A stretch of 64,000 bases of DNA, from the NCBI RefSeq assembly GCF_006345805.1, contig NC_043010.1, positions 36,394,001 to 36,458,000 on the forward strand, in the 5' to 3' direction. This stretch comes from Octopus sinensis. Taxonomy: Eukaryota. This document shows positions 1-11,820 of the stretch, piece by piece; position 1 is the first letter of the stretch; each line of letters opens with the position of its first letter. A program made the translations under genes and the position numbers. The notes beneath the pieces were generated by a model. That model did not search any database. It was not told where the DNA came from and worked only from the letters and a program-made list of their open reading frames with translations.

Positions 1-611
1 CCTGTGGTACACCAGATGTCATCTCAGAGGGCGAAGAGTGCTGCCCTAGAACTGTGACAACCTCTTTTCGGCTGAAAATAAAGGACTTTAACCAGTTATA
101 GAGTTCGTCTCTTACACCCAACGCAGAAAGCTTCACCATAAGTCTTTTGTGTGGCACAGAGTTAAAAGCCTTAGCAAAGTCCAGGTAAACAACATCCACC
201 CAGGATCCGCGATCAGTGATTTGGGTAACGTCCTCAAGAAACTCGATGAGTTGATTACAGCAGCTGGAGTTATGAATGAATCCGAATTGTGACGGCTGGA
301 TGAGGCTGTGAGACTTCCAGAAGGTTTCTCTGATACAGGATTCCATCAGTTTGGCGATGCAGCTAGTAAGACTGATAGTTGACAGGCGATGTGCGGTCGC
401 CTTTTTTGAACAGAGGGATGACACTGGCAGTTTTCCACTGTTCTGGAGTAACACCATTGTCAAGACAGAATTGGAAGAATAGACAAAGTTGGCTTAGAAG
501 AAAGTACCCACCGCGTTTGAGAAGTAGGTATGTAACACCATCGAGACCAGGAGAGGCATAATTGCGTTTATTCTTTAGGTGGCGTTGCAGCATTGCTGGT
601 GTAAATTGCAT
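1..611 (-). mobile_element. CR1/L2-type LINE reverse transcriptase fragment (frameshifted, runs off window start)
   Basis: Minus strand reads SPGLDG...WKTASVIPLFKKGDRTSPVNY, then after a frameshift ISLTSCIAKLME...DVVYLDFAKAF...SEMTSGVPQ. These are N-terminal and central non-LTR RT motifs. Confidence 0.9.
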
Positions 612-829
612 AGTGAATAGTGAAGCGCTATTCAGTATTTTGTAGAGTTTTGATTTCAGTGGGTTTATCGTGTTGTTTATATATTAGTTTTACAGCTCTA
701 CATGCATCCAGATTGTGTATGTATATAGACAGTTACATGGTGGTCGTAGCTTTAGTTCTAATACATCACTGTATCGACAAGACTATCGGATCTTATACGC
801 GATTAATCCCAGTGCCCTTCGCTACATGT

Positions 830-1000
830 AGCTCCCGAATGATGCCAATCCGCTCGCTAAGCAGGCAGGCGGGCCAACATTCCTCTGAACAAAACGTCTG
901 TTCGTTGCAGGATTGCTAATTTACCTCTCAGCGGACTGGAGCTACGTGGTATGAAGTGTTTTGTTCAAGAATACGTCGCACCACAGGTTTGGCAATTATC
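830..1000 (-). mobile_element. SINE family D fragment
   Basis: Reverse complement contains the ttcttgaacaaaacactt...agctccagtccgctgag core shared with copies at 7065, 36800 and 52925. Confidence 0.55.
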
Positions 1001-1739
1001 ACACACATTAATCGAAGTGTACAGAATTGTAATCATTACAGTCGACCTTACCAATCGGTTTCGCGCTGGGTGTTATATCAGATGTTAGATACCAGTCCAA
1101 CTATGTAACCCTACGCTCTTGAAAGCTAGCAGTTATGGAAGAAATAAGTTGACTGACTGCGTGATGTTATTGTGGGTAAAAAAAAACAAAAAAACTTCCG
1201 ATCTGTGGTTGCTGTAAAAAAGGACGAAACGAACTGAGCAAGGGTTAAATCTTGAATTATGTCCCTTGGAACCAAAACAGCCTCTGGAAAATAAGTCTAG
1301 AAGAGTTTTCTGGAAATGTGTGTCGTGTTTAGGGGTTGGTATTCGTGTTGTTTTTGAATGTGTGTTATTGTACTACACATGTAGCGGGGGTTTGTGGGGG
1401 TGAGGATGGGGTTGCTGGGTGGATGTCCGAAGACCTAAGCACTTGTTAGATTGCTTAAGTGCCTATGCATTCGTTTGTGTATGTTTTGGTGCAAGTCTTT
1501 GTGGTATTCTTGTAGTTTTGGAATACATAGATAAGGTCATTTAGGCAGTCAGAGTATGTGACAGAATATATTTATGTTTAGGTTAATCATCAAGATCCAC
1601 TTGTGTAATCGCATCAGAATGTTTAAAAAACAAAAAAAAAACTGCAAAAAATATCATTAAAACATTGACTATGTTATACAAAATTTCTTGAGGAGAATCC
1701 GGAGAATTTCATGCCATGATCAAATCAGAGAAAAAGAAG

Positions 1740-1990
1740 TTTTCAGAAGAACATCAACTTGAAGGTTCCAAGGTATCAAATTGATTGACCACATCATGGA
1801 AGTGGCAGTGAATTATAGTGAAGCTAATCAACAAAAGAAACCGAGAAATATCTTAAATAAGATATAGTTTGAGTTTGTGCCAAAACCTCTGATTCTATTT
1901 TTATTAGTGAGACAAATGCAAAAGTTCTAAACACAGCACTCATTGAACTGGAGAAATCCCTTGACAGGGTACCATGTTTAGCCCACCCTA
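1740..1990 (+). mobile_element. Heavily decayed RTE-type LINE RT fragment
   Basis: Broken frames give FQGIKLIDHIMEV (cf. YRGIKLLDHVMKV), FEFVPK..SDSIF..VRQMQK and ELEKSLDRVP (cf. DLEKAFDRVP). Confidence 0.6.
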
Positions 1991-2556
1991 GTTTTGAGGT
2001 GGGGTACTACATAGTTGTCCATACCTTATTCTTAGTACTGAGTTACTCCATTGTATATTCATGTGGTGTGAAGCAAACTTAAAAATGCATATAATCGTTT
2101 TATATAACACTTAACAAACAGAGGAGACCACGAATCTGTTTATCTGTGTGTTTATTGTGTGATAGGTAAGCATCATATGACCAAGACATCTAGTACCATT
2201 AATGGATGTTTTCAATAAATAATTGACAGGACTTGAACTTAACAGACACACAAAAAAACAAAAACAAAAACAAAACTGCTAGACCACTATCATCCTAGCA
2301 TGGATGCCTTTGTAAACCAACAGAAAAAAAATGCTCATCTGCTTGTAGAATTCTACTCCTCATACAAGTAGCATGGACAGAGGAATTGGTTAATTACTAG
2401 TGGCATTCAGCTATTTCCTGAAAATTTAGAGTAGTGGTTCTCATACGGGGCCCACATGACTCTTGGAGGTCCATATCAAATTTTGTTAAAATTTATCTCC
2501 AATTATATTGGTTACATTTCTACAATGCACAAAATATTTTCTCAATATTAAGGCAT

Positions 2557-2840
2557 AGGAGTGGCTGTGGTAAGTGGCTTGCTTACCAACCACATGGTTC
2601 TGGGTTCAGTCCCACTGCATGGCACTTTGGGCAAGTGTCTTCTACTATAGCCTTGGGCCAACCAAAGCCTTGTGAGTGGATTTGGTAGACGAAGTTGAAA
2701 GAAGCCTGTCATATATATGTGTGTGTGTTTGTGTTTGTCCCCCAACATCGCTTGACAGCCGATGCTGGTGTGTTTACGTCCCTGTAACTTAGTGGTTCAG
2801 CAAAAGAGACCGATAGTATAAGTACTAGGCTTACAAAGAA
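2557..2840 (+). mobile_element. tRNA-derived SINE family A
   Basis: A box-like GTGGCTGTGGT, B box GGTTCAGTCC, core ccttgggcaagtgtcttctactatagcc, internal (TA)/(TG) tract, tail ccgatagtataagtactaggcttacaaag. Many copies in the window. Confidence 0.85.
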
Positions 2841-3540
2841 AAGTGACACACGAACCCGTGTCCGTCACATAGCTAGCTTGAGGCGATGGCCTCTTGGAGC
2901 TCACCAATAGCAGCATTCGTCCTATTTTCCTGGACTGCCATGTTAGCTTGGCGATAACTATTTATATATATATATATATATATTTCTCTGTGTGTTGACA
3001 GTTTTATTGCCCAGTATGCTAGAAAGAAGAGTAACATACACACTCAGGTGCATAACAAAAATATGATAAAATTTATCATCAAATTTACTGTGTTAAAACA
3101 TACTTGGTGCATTCTTTAAGGTGACTGGTGAATGAGTGGGGACAATGAAAAGTCGACATTCTCCTTTAGTTCTGTCTTGTTGAGGACATGGTGACCTCTA
3201 GAGTTGACAGCAGAATATAATGCATCTATTACACATTGTAAAGTGGTTGGTATTCTAACTGCCACATGTATATCAATGAAGATGTGGGAGACACTTATCT
3301 CTAGTTTTTCAAAAAGTTGTAGATAGAGACATTGTTTTTATCAAACCAAAGCACTCAATACACGCTGTAAAGTGATTAGCATTAGAAAGGGCATCCAGCC
3401 ATAGAAATCATGTCAAAACAGATTACTGTGGACCCTGGTGCAGCTTTCCTGCATGCCAACAACTATCTAACCATCCAAACCATACCAACATGAAAAGACG
3501 GATGTTAAGTGATGAAGAATATTTTGGTATACATTCTACA

Positions 3541-3700
3541 CAGGAGTGGCTGCGTGGTAAGAAGTTTGCTTCCCAACCACATGGTTTCGGGTTCAGTCCC
3601 ACTGCGTAGCACCTTGGGCAAGTGTTTTCTACTATAGCCTCGGGCCGACAAAGCCTTGTGAGTGGATTTGGTAGACAGAAACTGAAAGAAGCTCATCGTG
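3541..3700 (+). mobile_element. SINE family A, 5' half
   Basis: ggagtggctgcgtggtaag...gggttcagtcccactgcgtagcaccttgggcaag...gaaactgaaagaagc followed by (TA)n. Confidence 0.85.
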
Positions 3701-3754
3701 TATATATATATATATCTATTACACATTGTAAAGTGGTTGGTATTCTAACTAAGT

Positions 3755-3975
3755 TGAGAGTATTGCTGTCTGGGAGATATCTTATGGTAGTGGAATAGTA
3801 TTTAACTGCTATTTCTAAATTTTGGTTTGTGGGGAGGCAATTTTTGCTGAACCCTTATTATAATTATGCTTATAATTATAGAATTTTTGAATAAGGTTCC
3901 TGATAATATTTCTTTTAACATACCGAACTACTTGGTAAAATTATTAATTGATTAATTAATTTTACCCTTTATCAT
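3755..3975 (+). repeat. Interspersed AT-rich repeat, same family as 63531-63905
   Basis: ttatggtagtggaatagtatttaactgctatttctaaat...gcaatttttgctgaaccc...gaactacttggtaaaat...ttttacccttta recurs at 63706-63910. Confidence 0.8.
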
Positions 3976-4080
3976 ATATATATATAATTATTAATATTAG
4001 GGAATTTATTTCTGAGTCCACAGGGGGAAGAAATTCAATTTAGTGGTACTAAAACGAATTTCCCACTGTATTTTATATAT

Positions 4081-4271
4081 ATAGGTTTAAGAGACAGAAC
4101 CACCTTCAAGTAACTCAATCAACAATGAAGGACATTATCTATGATAGAGATATATTAGATTAAATTGGAGGTATTAAGTTGATAATTTTTAATCTTATAT
4201 GTCTCTATCATAGATAATGTTGTTCAATGTTGATTGAGTTGCTTGAAGGTGGTTCTGTCTTTTAAACCTAT
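4081..4271. repeat. ~190 bp inverted repeat (hairpin) embedded in TA runs
   Basis: Arm 4081-4165 (ataggtttaagagacagaaccaccttcaag...) is the near-exact reverse complement of 4186-4271. Confidence 0.9.
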
Positions 4272-4834
4272 CTATATATGTGTGTGTGTCTGTGTTTGTT
4301 CCACCACCATCACTTGACAACCGATGTTGCTGTGTTTACATCCCCGTAACTTAGTGGATCGGCAAAAGAGACCAACAGAATAAGTACTAGGCTTACAAAG
4401 AATAATTCCTGGGGTCGATTAGTTGTTGAACTAATGGCAGTGCTCGAGCATGGCTGCAGTCAAATGACTGAAACAAGTAAAAGAGTGAGTGAAATGTTTC
4501 CATTGGTGAATCAATTTTTGAAAAAGACAATTTGGACTTTCAGGAAAGTAACACCAAAGAATTATTTGTTATAAGAATTCAGTTTAAAACTTTAATTTAT
4601 ATATAAATAGGAAAAAATTTGTCCCAAACTTCAAGATAAGGTTTTTTTTTTTGTACATGGATTTTCCAGTTTTCTGTTATTTTTACATTTTATTTATCTG
4701 GAATGTTTTCACTAATGTATCTGAATATATTTGCTCATATTTTTAACAACAGATGTTTTGAAAGCAAATATATTTCCACTAATTCCATATCTAAAATGTT
4801 TTACTCCAGCTCTGATTAATAATAGTTGTAAACA

Positions 4835-5482
4835 AGGCAGCAAGCTGGCACAGAGACATTAGAATGCCAGGCGAAATGTTTAGCAGTATTTCGTTTGTCT
4901 TTACATTCTGAGTTCAAATTCCGTTGAGGTCGACTTTGCCTTTCATCCTTTTGGGGTCAATAAATTAAGTACCAATTGTGTACTGGAATCGATCTAATTG
5001 ACCGGCCCTCTCCCCCAAAATTTCGGTCTTTCTGCTTAGAGTAGAAAAGAATAATATTTGTAAACTTACTTCAAACTGAATGATTCCCCATATATTTCAT
5101 ATTCAACCCTTTTGTTATCGTAGTTCCAGTGCTGGATTTACAACGAATGAGGTCCTGTGTTAGTTAAATTATGAGGCTCCTTACTTGGACAGTCAGGTAT
5201 GCATACTCAGGAAATTTAGTAGTTAAAATACTACATGTTACCAGATAAATCATTCTTCTTTAAAACAAGGCGGCAAGTTGGCAGAAACGTTAGCACACCG
5301 GGTGATAAGGGTAGTGGTATTTCATTTGTCTTTATGTTCTGAGTTCAAATTCTGCTGAGGTCGACTTTACCATTCATCCTTTCAGGGTCAATAAATTAAG
5401 TACCAGTTGCATACTGGTATTGATCTAATTGACTGGCCCCCTCAAAAATATCAGGCCTTGTGCCTAGAGTAGAAAAGAATAT
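4835..5482 (+). mobile_element. Two SINE family B copies (4835-5055, 5268-5482)
   Basis: ggcggcaagttggcagaaacgttagc...ctgagttcaaattc (B box)...gaggtcgactttgcctttcatcc...aagtacc...agagtagaaaagaat. Confidence 0.85.
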
Positions 5483-5884
5483 TCTTTAAAAAACGTGTTA
5501 GTTAAATTTTTGAATTATCAGGGCTCAAATAATGTATTTTGGAAGTTTTATGGATAAATTCAGGTTTAGACAGTCTAGGCTATATGTCAGACATGTACAC
5601 TGCAACTAACTCGAAGCTACTATATATTAACCAAAGCCTTAACCCTGTCTCACACAGGTCACATGACAAAACAGTCAAACTTGATAAGAAGAGAACAGAC
5701 AGGAGAGTCATTACAATCAACATCATGTAATGTTTTAACCTTTGAAGATTGACAACATTTTTATTCTTAAACTTTATTTGGAAATAACAATCTTAAATCA
5801 TACAATGATGACTGATAAGAAAGTTTAATGTTTATACAAAATAGTCAAATAAGCAAATTGCTGTTTTTGTATTCCTCTGTTTAA

Positions 5885-6084
5885 CCCTTTAGCATTTAAA
5901 CCGGCCATATCCGGCCCAAATTTTCTACTTCTTTTATGTTCAAACCATCTAGATCTGGCCTCTCACTCATATCCTACAATGACATCCTCAAATTCTCAGA
6001 ACTACAAGATAATGCAGGATTAATTCAAAACAATGTGAATGAAAAAAGCATTATATTTGACAGAGTAATCTGAACGCTAAAGGG
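5885..6084. mobile_element. piggyBac-type MITE (200 bp)
   Basis: TTAA on both sides (5881-5884, 6085-6088) and termini CCCTTTAGC...GCTAAAGGG. A second 3' end occurs at ~6420-6490. Confidence 0.85.
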
Positions 6085-7064
6085 TTAAACATTTACAGTT
6101 GGCTATTTAATGTCAGAACATCTTCCTTCGAGCTTTCCTGACTGCAAGCTCATCAATGATTTTATCAAAATCAATAAATCGCAGTTTATCATTCTCTATA
6201 CAGAGAATATTCAAACCAGACAGCCACTCTTGTAACAATGTTGAATAAAGGTCACTTTTGAATTTTTTTCAGTCTAGAAAATGATCTCTCTCCAGAACAG
6301 TTAGTGACCATCAAACACAGGAACAATTTGAAAATTGTTTCCACATTTGAGAAAGCAGCCTGAATTTTCTCCTGTTTTTTCATCTGGTACACATCTTGGT
6401 GGCTGAAATGTTCTTTTTCTGCATGATTAACTCAAAACGATGTAAATAAACAGCATTACATTTGACTGTAATCTGAATGTTAAAGGGTTAATATGTAAAA
6501 TTGGTACATCCAATTGTGTTACACTGCAAAATTTAGTGGCTGTTTAAGCAATGTATTTGTGGATAGTTAATGGGTTGGATGCAGTGTTGAAGGAGTTATA
6601 ACTCTTGAAATACACATATATACCCATCACCAATTCTTCTATCTTCAATCACTTTGTTTTTTGCATAGACGTAGTCATTTATGAAACACAGTAAATTTCA
6701 GTGCTGGCTCTAATTTCTATTGAAAATCTATAGAAATAACTTTAAGAAAAGAAACTGAATTGCACTGCTAACACAGGTAGGACACAGTTGTGACTTATAA
6801 AAATCTTCAATATACTTGGTAGTATATCATGGCCGAGTAGTGAAATAGTGTTCCTATCAGCAATATAATCAAGAATAATCTGACTGCTAATGGGTTAAAA
6901 GAGGAAGTTTGTATCATAGATACGGGATCAGTCACATGGAGGTTGGTATGAAAAGGGTGAGATGGTTTTTCATGGCACCAAATCATTAGTCAATCACAAG
7001 TTTATGAGTTAGAAAGAAAATATTTCCCCAAATATTTTAGTGAGCACATCTGTAGTGGATGGAG

Positions 7065-7260
7065 GCTTAGTGGTTGGGATGTTGGACTCATGACTGTAAG
7101 ATTGTGGTTCCGATTCTTGGACAGGGCAATACATTGTGTTCTTGAGCAAAACACTTCATTTCAAGTTGTGTCAATCCACTCAGCTGGTAAAAGTGAGTAA
7201 TCCTGTTATGGACTGGCATCATATCCAGGGAGGAATATATACACAAGAGAAACCAACCCT
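7065..7260 (+). mobile_element. SINE family D
   Basis: tRNA-like head ggcttagtggttgggatgttggactc..., core tgtgttcttgagcaaaacactt, tail ggactggcatcatatccaggg. Confidence 0.65.
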
Positions 7261-7378
7261 ATACTCTTTATGGAGTAATGTGGACTAACCATTTATAGAT
7301 TAGAAGATGAGAATTCCGAGAGAATAATTTCTGACATAACGGCAATCAATAAACTGAAATTTTCAAGAGAAGGATTCT

Positions 7379-8980
7379 TCATATTTCACAGTTAAATGGC
7401 TTCTCACTTGCGTGTTTTCGTTGGTGTTTTTTCATGAGACTGCTTGAAATAAATGATTTCTTACACATCTCGCAACAAAATGGTTTTTCTCCAGTGTGTG
7501 TACGCATGTGAATAACAAGATCCGAACTACTAATGAAAGATTTTTTACATATCTCGCAGTGGAAAGGTTTTTCCCCAGTATGTCTTCGCAGGTGGATAAT
7601 AAGATTCGAGTTATTAACGAAAGCTTTTCCGCATATTTGACAGGGATAAGGTTTTTCCCCGGTGTGACTGCGCATATGAACCACAAGACTCGAATTCGTC
7701 ACAAAACATTTGCCGCACACTTCACACTCGGACAATTTTTCCCCCGTGTGAATTCTTCTGTGAGTCGATAAATTATTGTTAGTGACGAAAGACTTTCCAC
7801 AAATGTCACACTGATATGGTTTCTCCCCCGTGTGTTTACGCTTGTGAATGACAAAATTCCATTTCGTAATAAAAGATTGCCCGCATACTTCACAACGAAG
7901 CAGCTTTTCCCCCGTGTGAATTCTTCTATGAGTTATCAAATTATTACTGGTAACAAAACATTTATCACATACTTCACAACGATATGGTTTCTCTCCTGTG
8001 TGTTGTCTACGCACATGGATGGCAAGTTTAGAATTATCAACGAATGATTTCCCGCATATCTCGCAGTGAAATGGGTTTTCCCCACTGTGGACCCTTTTGT
8101 GCCTTGTTAACTTACTATTATCGATAAAACACTTTTCACAGATTTCGCACCGATACGGTTTCACTCCAGAATGTATCCTCTTATGCGCTTTTAAGTAACA
8201 GCCGGCAACAAAAGACTTCCCACACGTATCGCAGTGATAGGACTGTTCTCCTGTATGTCTACGTTTATGGATTGCAAGCTTAGACTTTTCAATGAAAGAT
8301 TTGTCACATATTTCACAGTGAAACGAATTTTCCCCAGTGTGTACTTTTTTGTGTTTGGTTAAATTATTGCTGGAGATAAAAGTTTTCCCACAGATTTCAC
8401 AGTGATAGGGCTTTTCCCCACTATGTATCCTTTTGTGTGTTGTTAAATTATTGCTCGAGACAAAAGACTTTTCACACAATTCACAGTGATACGGTTTTTC
8501 CCCAGTGTGTTTTCGCCTGTGTCTCATCAAGAAACTCTTATAGAGAAAAGATTCCCCGCATGTTTCACAGTGATATGACCTTTCTCCAATGTGGACTTTC
8601 TTATGCGTTGTTAAATTACTCATACTCACAAAAGACTTTCCACAAATTTCACAGTGATAAGGATATTCTCCAGTGTGATGACGTACATGGACAACGAGAC
8701 TCCAATTTTTAATAAAAGATTTTCCACAAATTTGACACAGGTGAGATTTTTTCCCCTTATCGTGTTTGTGTATTCCTTTGTGCATGGAGACTTCATGTTC
8801 CGAAGAGAAGGTTTTTCTGCAAATCTCGCAACAGTATTCAGCAATCATCTTCTCTACTGATTTTTGTTCAGGCGACGTTTCATCAAATAGAGTTTCCTCA
8901 GCAGAATGTGCTTGAGTAACAGAATCAATATTGTTAAAACCAGTTGCGTTAGAAGCCTCCAAGAGATTCATGCCCTCCAT
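7379..8980 (-). CDS. Tandem C2H2 zinc-finger protein, 533 aa, 17 complete fingers, no recognisable KRAB/BTB/SCAN domain
   Basis: Uninterrupted ORF with 17 C-X2-C-X3-F-X5-L-X2-H-X3/4-H units joined mostly by TGEKPY-type linkers. About 49 aa of partly acidic N-terminus and an in-frame TAA 17 codons upstream of the ATG. Ends CEI* at the start of an 18th finger. Confidence 0.95.
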   Translation of the reverse strand: MEGMNLLEASNATGFNNIDSVTQAHSAEETLFDETSPEQKSVEKMIAEYCCEICRKTFSSEHEVSMHKGIHKHDKGKKSHLCQICGKSFIKNWSLVVHVRHHTGEYPYHCEICGKSFVSMSNLTTHKKVHIGERSYHCETCGESFLYKSFLMRHRRKHTGEKPYHCELCEKSFVSSNNLTTHKRIHSGEKPYHCEICGKTFISSNNLTKHKKVHTGENSFHCEICDKSFIEKSKLAIHKRRHTGEQSYHCDTCGKSFVAGCYLKAHKRIHSGVKPYRCEICEKCFIDNSKLTRHKRVHSGENPFHCEICGKSFVDNSKLAIHVRRQHTGEKPYRCEVCDKCFVTSNNLITHRRIHTGEKLLRCEVCGQSFITKWNFVIHKRKHTGEKPYQCDICGKSFVTNNNLSTHRRIHTGEKLSECEVCGKCFVTNSSLVVHMRSHTGEKPYPCQICGKAFVNNSNLIIHLRRHTGEKPFHCEICKKSFISSSDLVIHMRTHTGEKPFCCEMCKKSFISSSLMKKHQRKHASEKPFNCEI

Positions 8981-10509
8981 ATTAATTCCCGAAGAATTCT
9001 TAGAAGCTAAGAAATGTTTGTGCGGATATTACGGTTCAGTTTCTTGTCTTCGACAACATGTCACTCTGTTTATACACTTAGAAAAAAAAATACCACGTAG
9101 ATATATTTTTCCTACTCACCACTACAATGTTGCTAACTCGGCCCAAGACCAAGTGGCACAAATATTGGTAAAGACTAAAAATTCTTCTACTTCTATTTTA
9201 AAAATACGACAATGGCCAAGGAATGCCACGCAAGCCAAACGGTACAGGATGCCAATGAATTACCGGCATCGGAGGTTCTGGTGAAATCGGCATTGTTCAA
9301 CAACAAGTTTCTTATGGGGGGCTCCTACACAGTATAGCGTGTAAAACAAGATATAATGCGTTAATTAAACCAGTATAAGGAAGAAAATGCGTGTGTGTAT
9401 CCAAATAATACGTTACTGAAGGCAAGCTGAAAAATCAATAAGGATCTGGTTGGTGGTTAAAACCCATCTCTCCCATCCTGTAAAAATGGGACGAAGATCA
9501 ATACACGATGTGATGTAGTTTGTTATGAAATATATAAAGATACAGGTGTTAAAACACCGACCTTGAAAGATGTAGGCCACCGTATGTTATCCATAAACAT
9601 TAATGTTTACCTTATCATGAGATAATCACTAGATGCGATATAATGGAAATTAGATGAAGGCATAAGTTAGTTGAAAAGTTGTAAAATAGTAACCAACAGG
9701 CGGTGTCACTGACGATTTTTTCCTGTATAAATGATGATACCGGTGAAAGAGGTTAAAAGTCCCTAACTTAATTTAATACATTCGGGAATACTTTCACAGT
9801 TTATTCTCTCATTTGTATTCGGTCAGCTCATGGTAAATTAAAAACCAAATCGCCAAGCAAAATAACAGTTGCGTATTCACGAGAAAACATTTATATGATT
9901 GCTCTCCATGTGACTGATAGAATTAACTGATTAACTGTCATATTTCTTCTTCCTGGCTATCATCGTACCATCTTACAAAAGAAAATGTGAACAACATATT
10001 CGGCAATGAGAGACAATTTCTTATTTTAATGTGCAATCCAAGTGGAACTTAAAATTTTAAATTTGAAGACAAGAATTCAAAAAACAAACAAACAAAAACA
10101 AACATGATACGGAATAAATGAAAGGTTGCTAAGAACCCAGAAGTTGCGTCCCTTACATTCTCGCTAGTCATTTGTACATTTAGCTTCTGTGAAGCGCGTT
10201 TTAAGTAAAAATGATATTTCATTTGTTCTTCTTTGAAAGTAAAAGAACGTCTGAATCTGTTAAATATCTTCAAACCACTTAAAAAAACGTTTAAAGAAGT
10301 TATATAAAGAAGTTATATAAAGGCGTATATACAAGTATATGAAGAATCGTGGGATGGAGACTCATTGAAGAGGTCACAGGATGTGTGGCGAAAAATTTCA
10401 GACAATGGACACCAAAATAAAGAGTTTACAAGCATTTAAAGTAAAGTAATTTTAGCCAATCACATGCCCTTACTGATTGCTATCGATTGCCAGGAAGATT
10501 GTTCCTTCT

Positions 10510-10790
10510 CAAGCCACGCCTGGCTCATAAGGGTTGGTTTCCTTGACGTATAAGTTCCCCACCTGGTCGGGACGCTGGTCTGTCGCAGGTGAGCTGCAAG
10601 ATGCAGGAGGAAAGAGTGAGAGAAAGTTGTGGCGAAAGAGTCAGCTGAAGTTCGCCATTACCTTCTGCCGGAGCCGCGTGGTGCTTAGGTGTTTCGCTCA
10701 TAAACACACACATCACCCAGTATGAAATTCGAACCCGCGATCCCTCGACCGCGAGTCCGCTGCTCTAACCACTAGGCCATGTGCCTCACG
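10510..10790 (-). mobile_element. tRNA-derived SINE family C
   Basis: Reverse complement ggcacatggcctagtggttagagcagcggactcgcggtcgagggatcgcgggttcgaa (A and B boxes). Same family at 15775-16075, 31300-31585 and 46870-47140. Confidence 0.85.
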
Positions 10791-11254
10791 CCGGTAAGAC
10801 TAGCACACACAAAATCTTTACATGGTTTCTCGACCTGCTAGAAACAACAGGCAAATCTTCTCCAAATTATACCACAACATTAAAAAAGTAAACAAACAAA
10901 CGAATAAAGCACAAAAAGGACGAAACAATGAGTTACAGACCGTTTATTTCCTTACTAGAGGCAAGCCCACTTGTTGAGTGTTATTAATAACGTTTAAATT
11001 AAAGTCAATCTCCATGGATGTTAATTTTTATCAAGCTCACGACCTTCGAAACACTTATTAGGCATAGCAGATCCATATTAAGTGTACTTTCGTTTTTCGT
11101 TTTTTTTTTTCTTATGATAAAATTGTAAACAAGGTTTGTTGCTGGAGACAGAACTGGTTACCGTTCTTTTCTTTTAACCAATTCTTATCTCCTTTTAACC
11201 AATTCGTGTCTCCTTTTAAAACAACTCCTATTGTATCTTCCATACGAACATCGG

Positions 11255-11820
11255 CGTTGGCATGGCTGTGTGGTAAAAAGTTTGTTTCCCAGCTACATGG
11301 TATCAAGTTCAGTCCCACCGTGTGGCACCTCGAGCAAATGTTTTGGGTCGACCAAAGCCTTGTGAGTAGATTTGGTAGATGGAAACTACCAATGTCACGA
11401 TAAACACAAATAGAAGAACATACACTTTGTGTGTGTGTTTATCCCCAACAACAGCTTGACAACTGGTACTGGTGAGTCTCCATAACTTAGCGGTTCGGCC
11501 TAAGAGTCCGATAGAATATGTACCAGGCTTATTTATACCTGTTGGGTACTTATTCTATCGGTCTCTTTTGCCGAAAAACCGGTAAGTTACGGGGACGTAA
11601 ACACACCAGCATCGGTTGTCAAGCGATGTTGAGGGCACAAACACACACACACACATATATACGACGGGCTTCTTTCAGTTTCCGTCTACCAAATTCACTC
11701 ACAAGGCTTTAGTCGGCCCGAGGCTATGGTAGAAGACACTTGCCTAAGGTACCACACAGTGGGACTGAACCCGGAACCATGTGGTTCGTAAGCAATCTAC
11801 TTACCACACAGCCACTCCTA
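11255..11820. mobile_element. Two SINE family A copies, tail-to-tail (11255-11530 plus, 11535-11820 minus)
   Basis: Family A head and core in opposite orientations, converging at ~11530. Confidence 0.75.

Noticed and set aside
1040-1085. Minus-strand CTGATAT...GAAACCG hammerhead
   Set aside because: The core has two substitutions and stem II does not pair.
1250-1560. Semi-open minus-strand frame (LCIPKLQEYHKDLHQ...)
   Set aside because: Interrupted by stops with no clear family; only a short, possibly chance, echo of the Tx1 ORF1 tail.
7432-8860. Alternate-frame and antisense ORFs inside the ZNF
   Set aside because: Shadows of the periodic finger array.
8931-9284. 117 aa antisense ORF overlapping the ZNF start
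   Set aside because: No recognisable motif. It overlaps the opposite strand of the ZNF start and leader.
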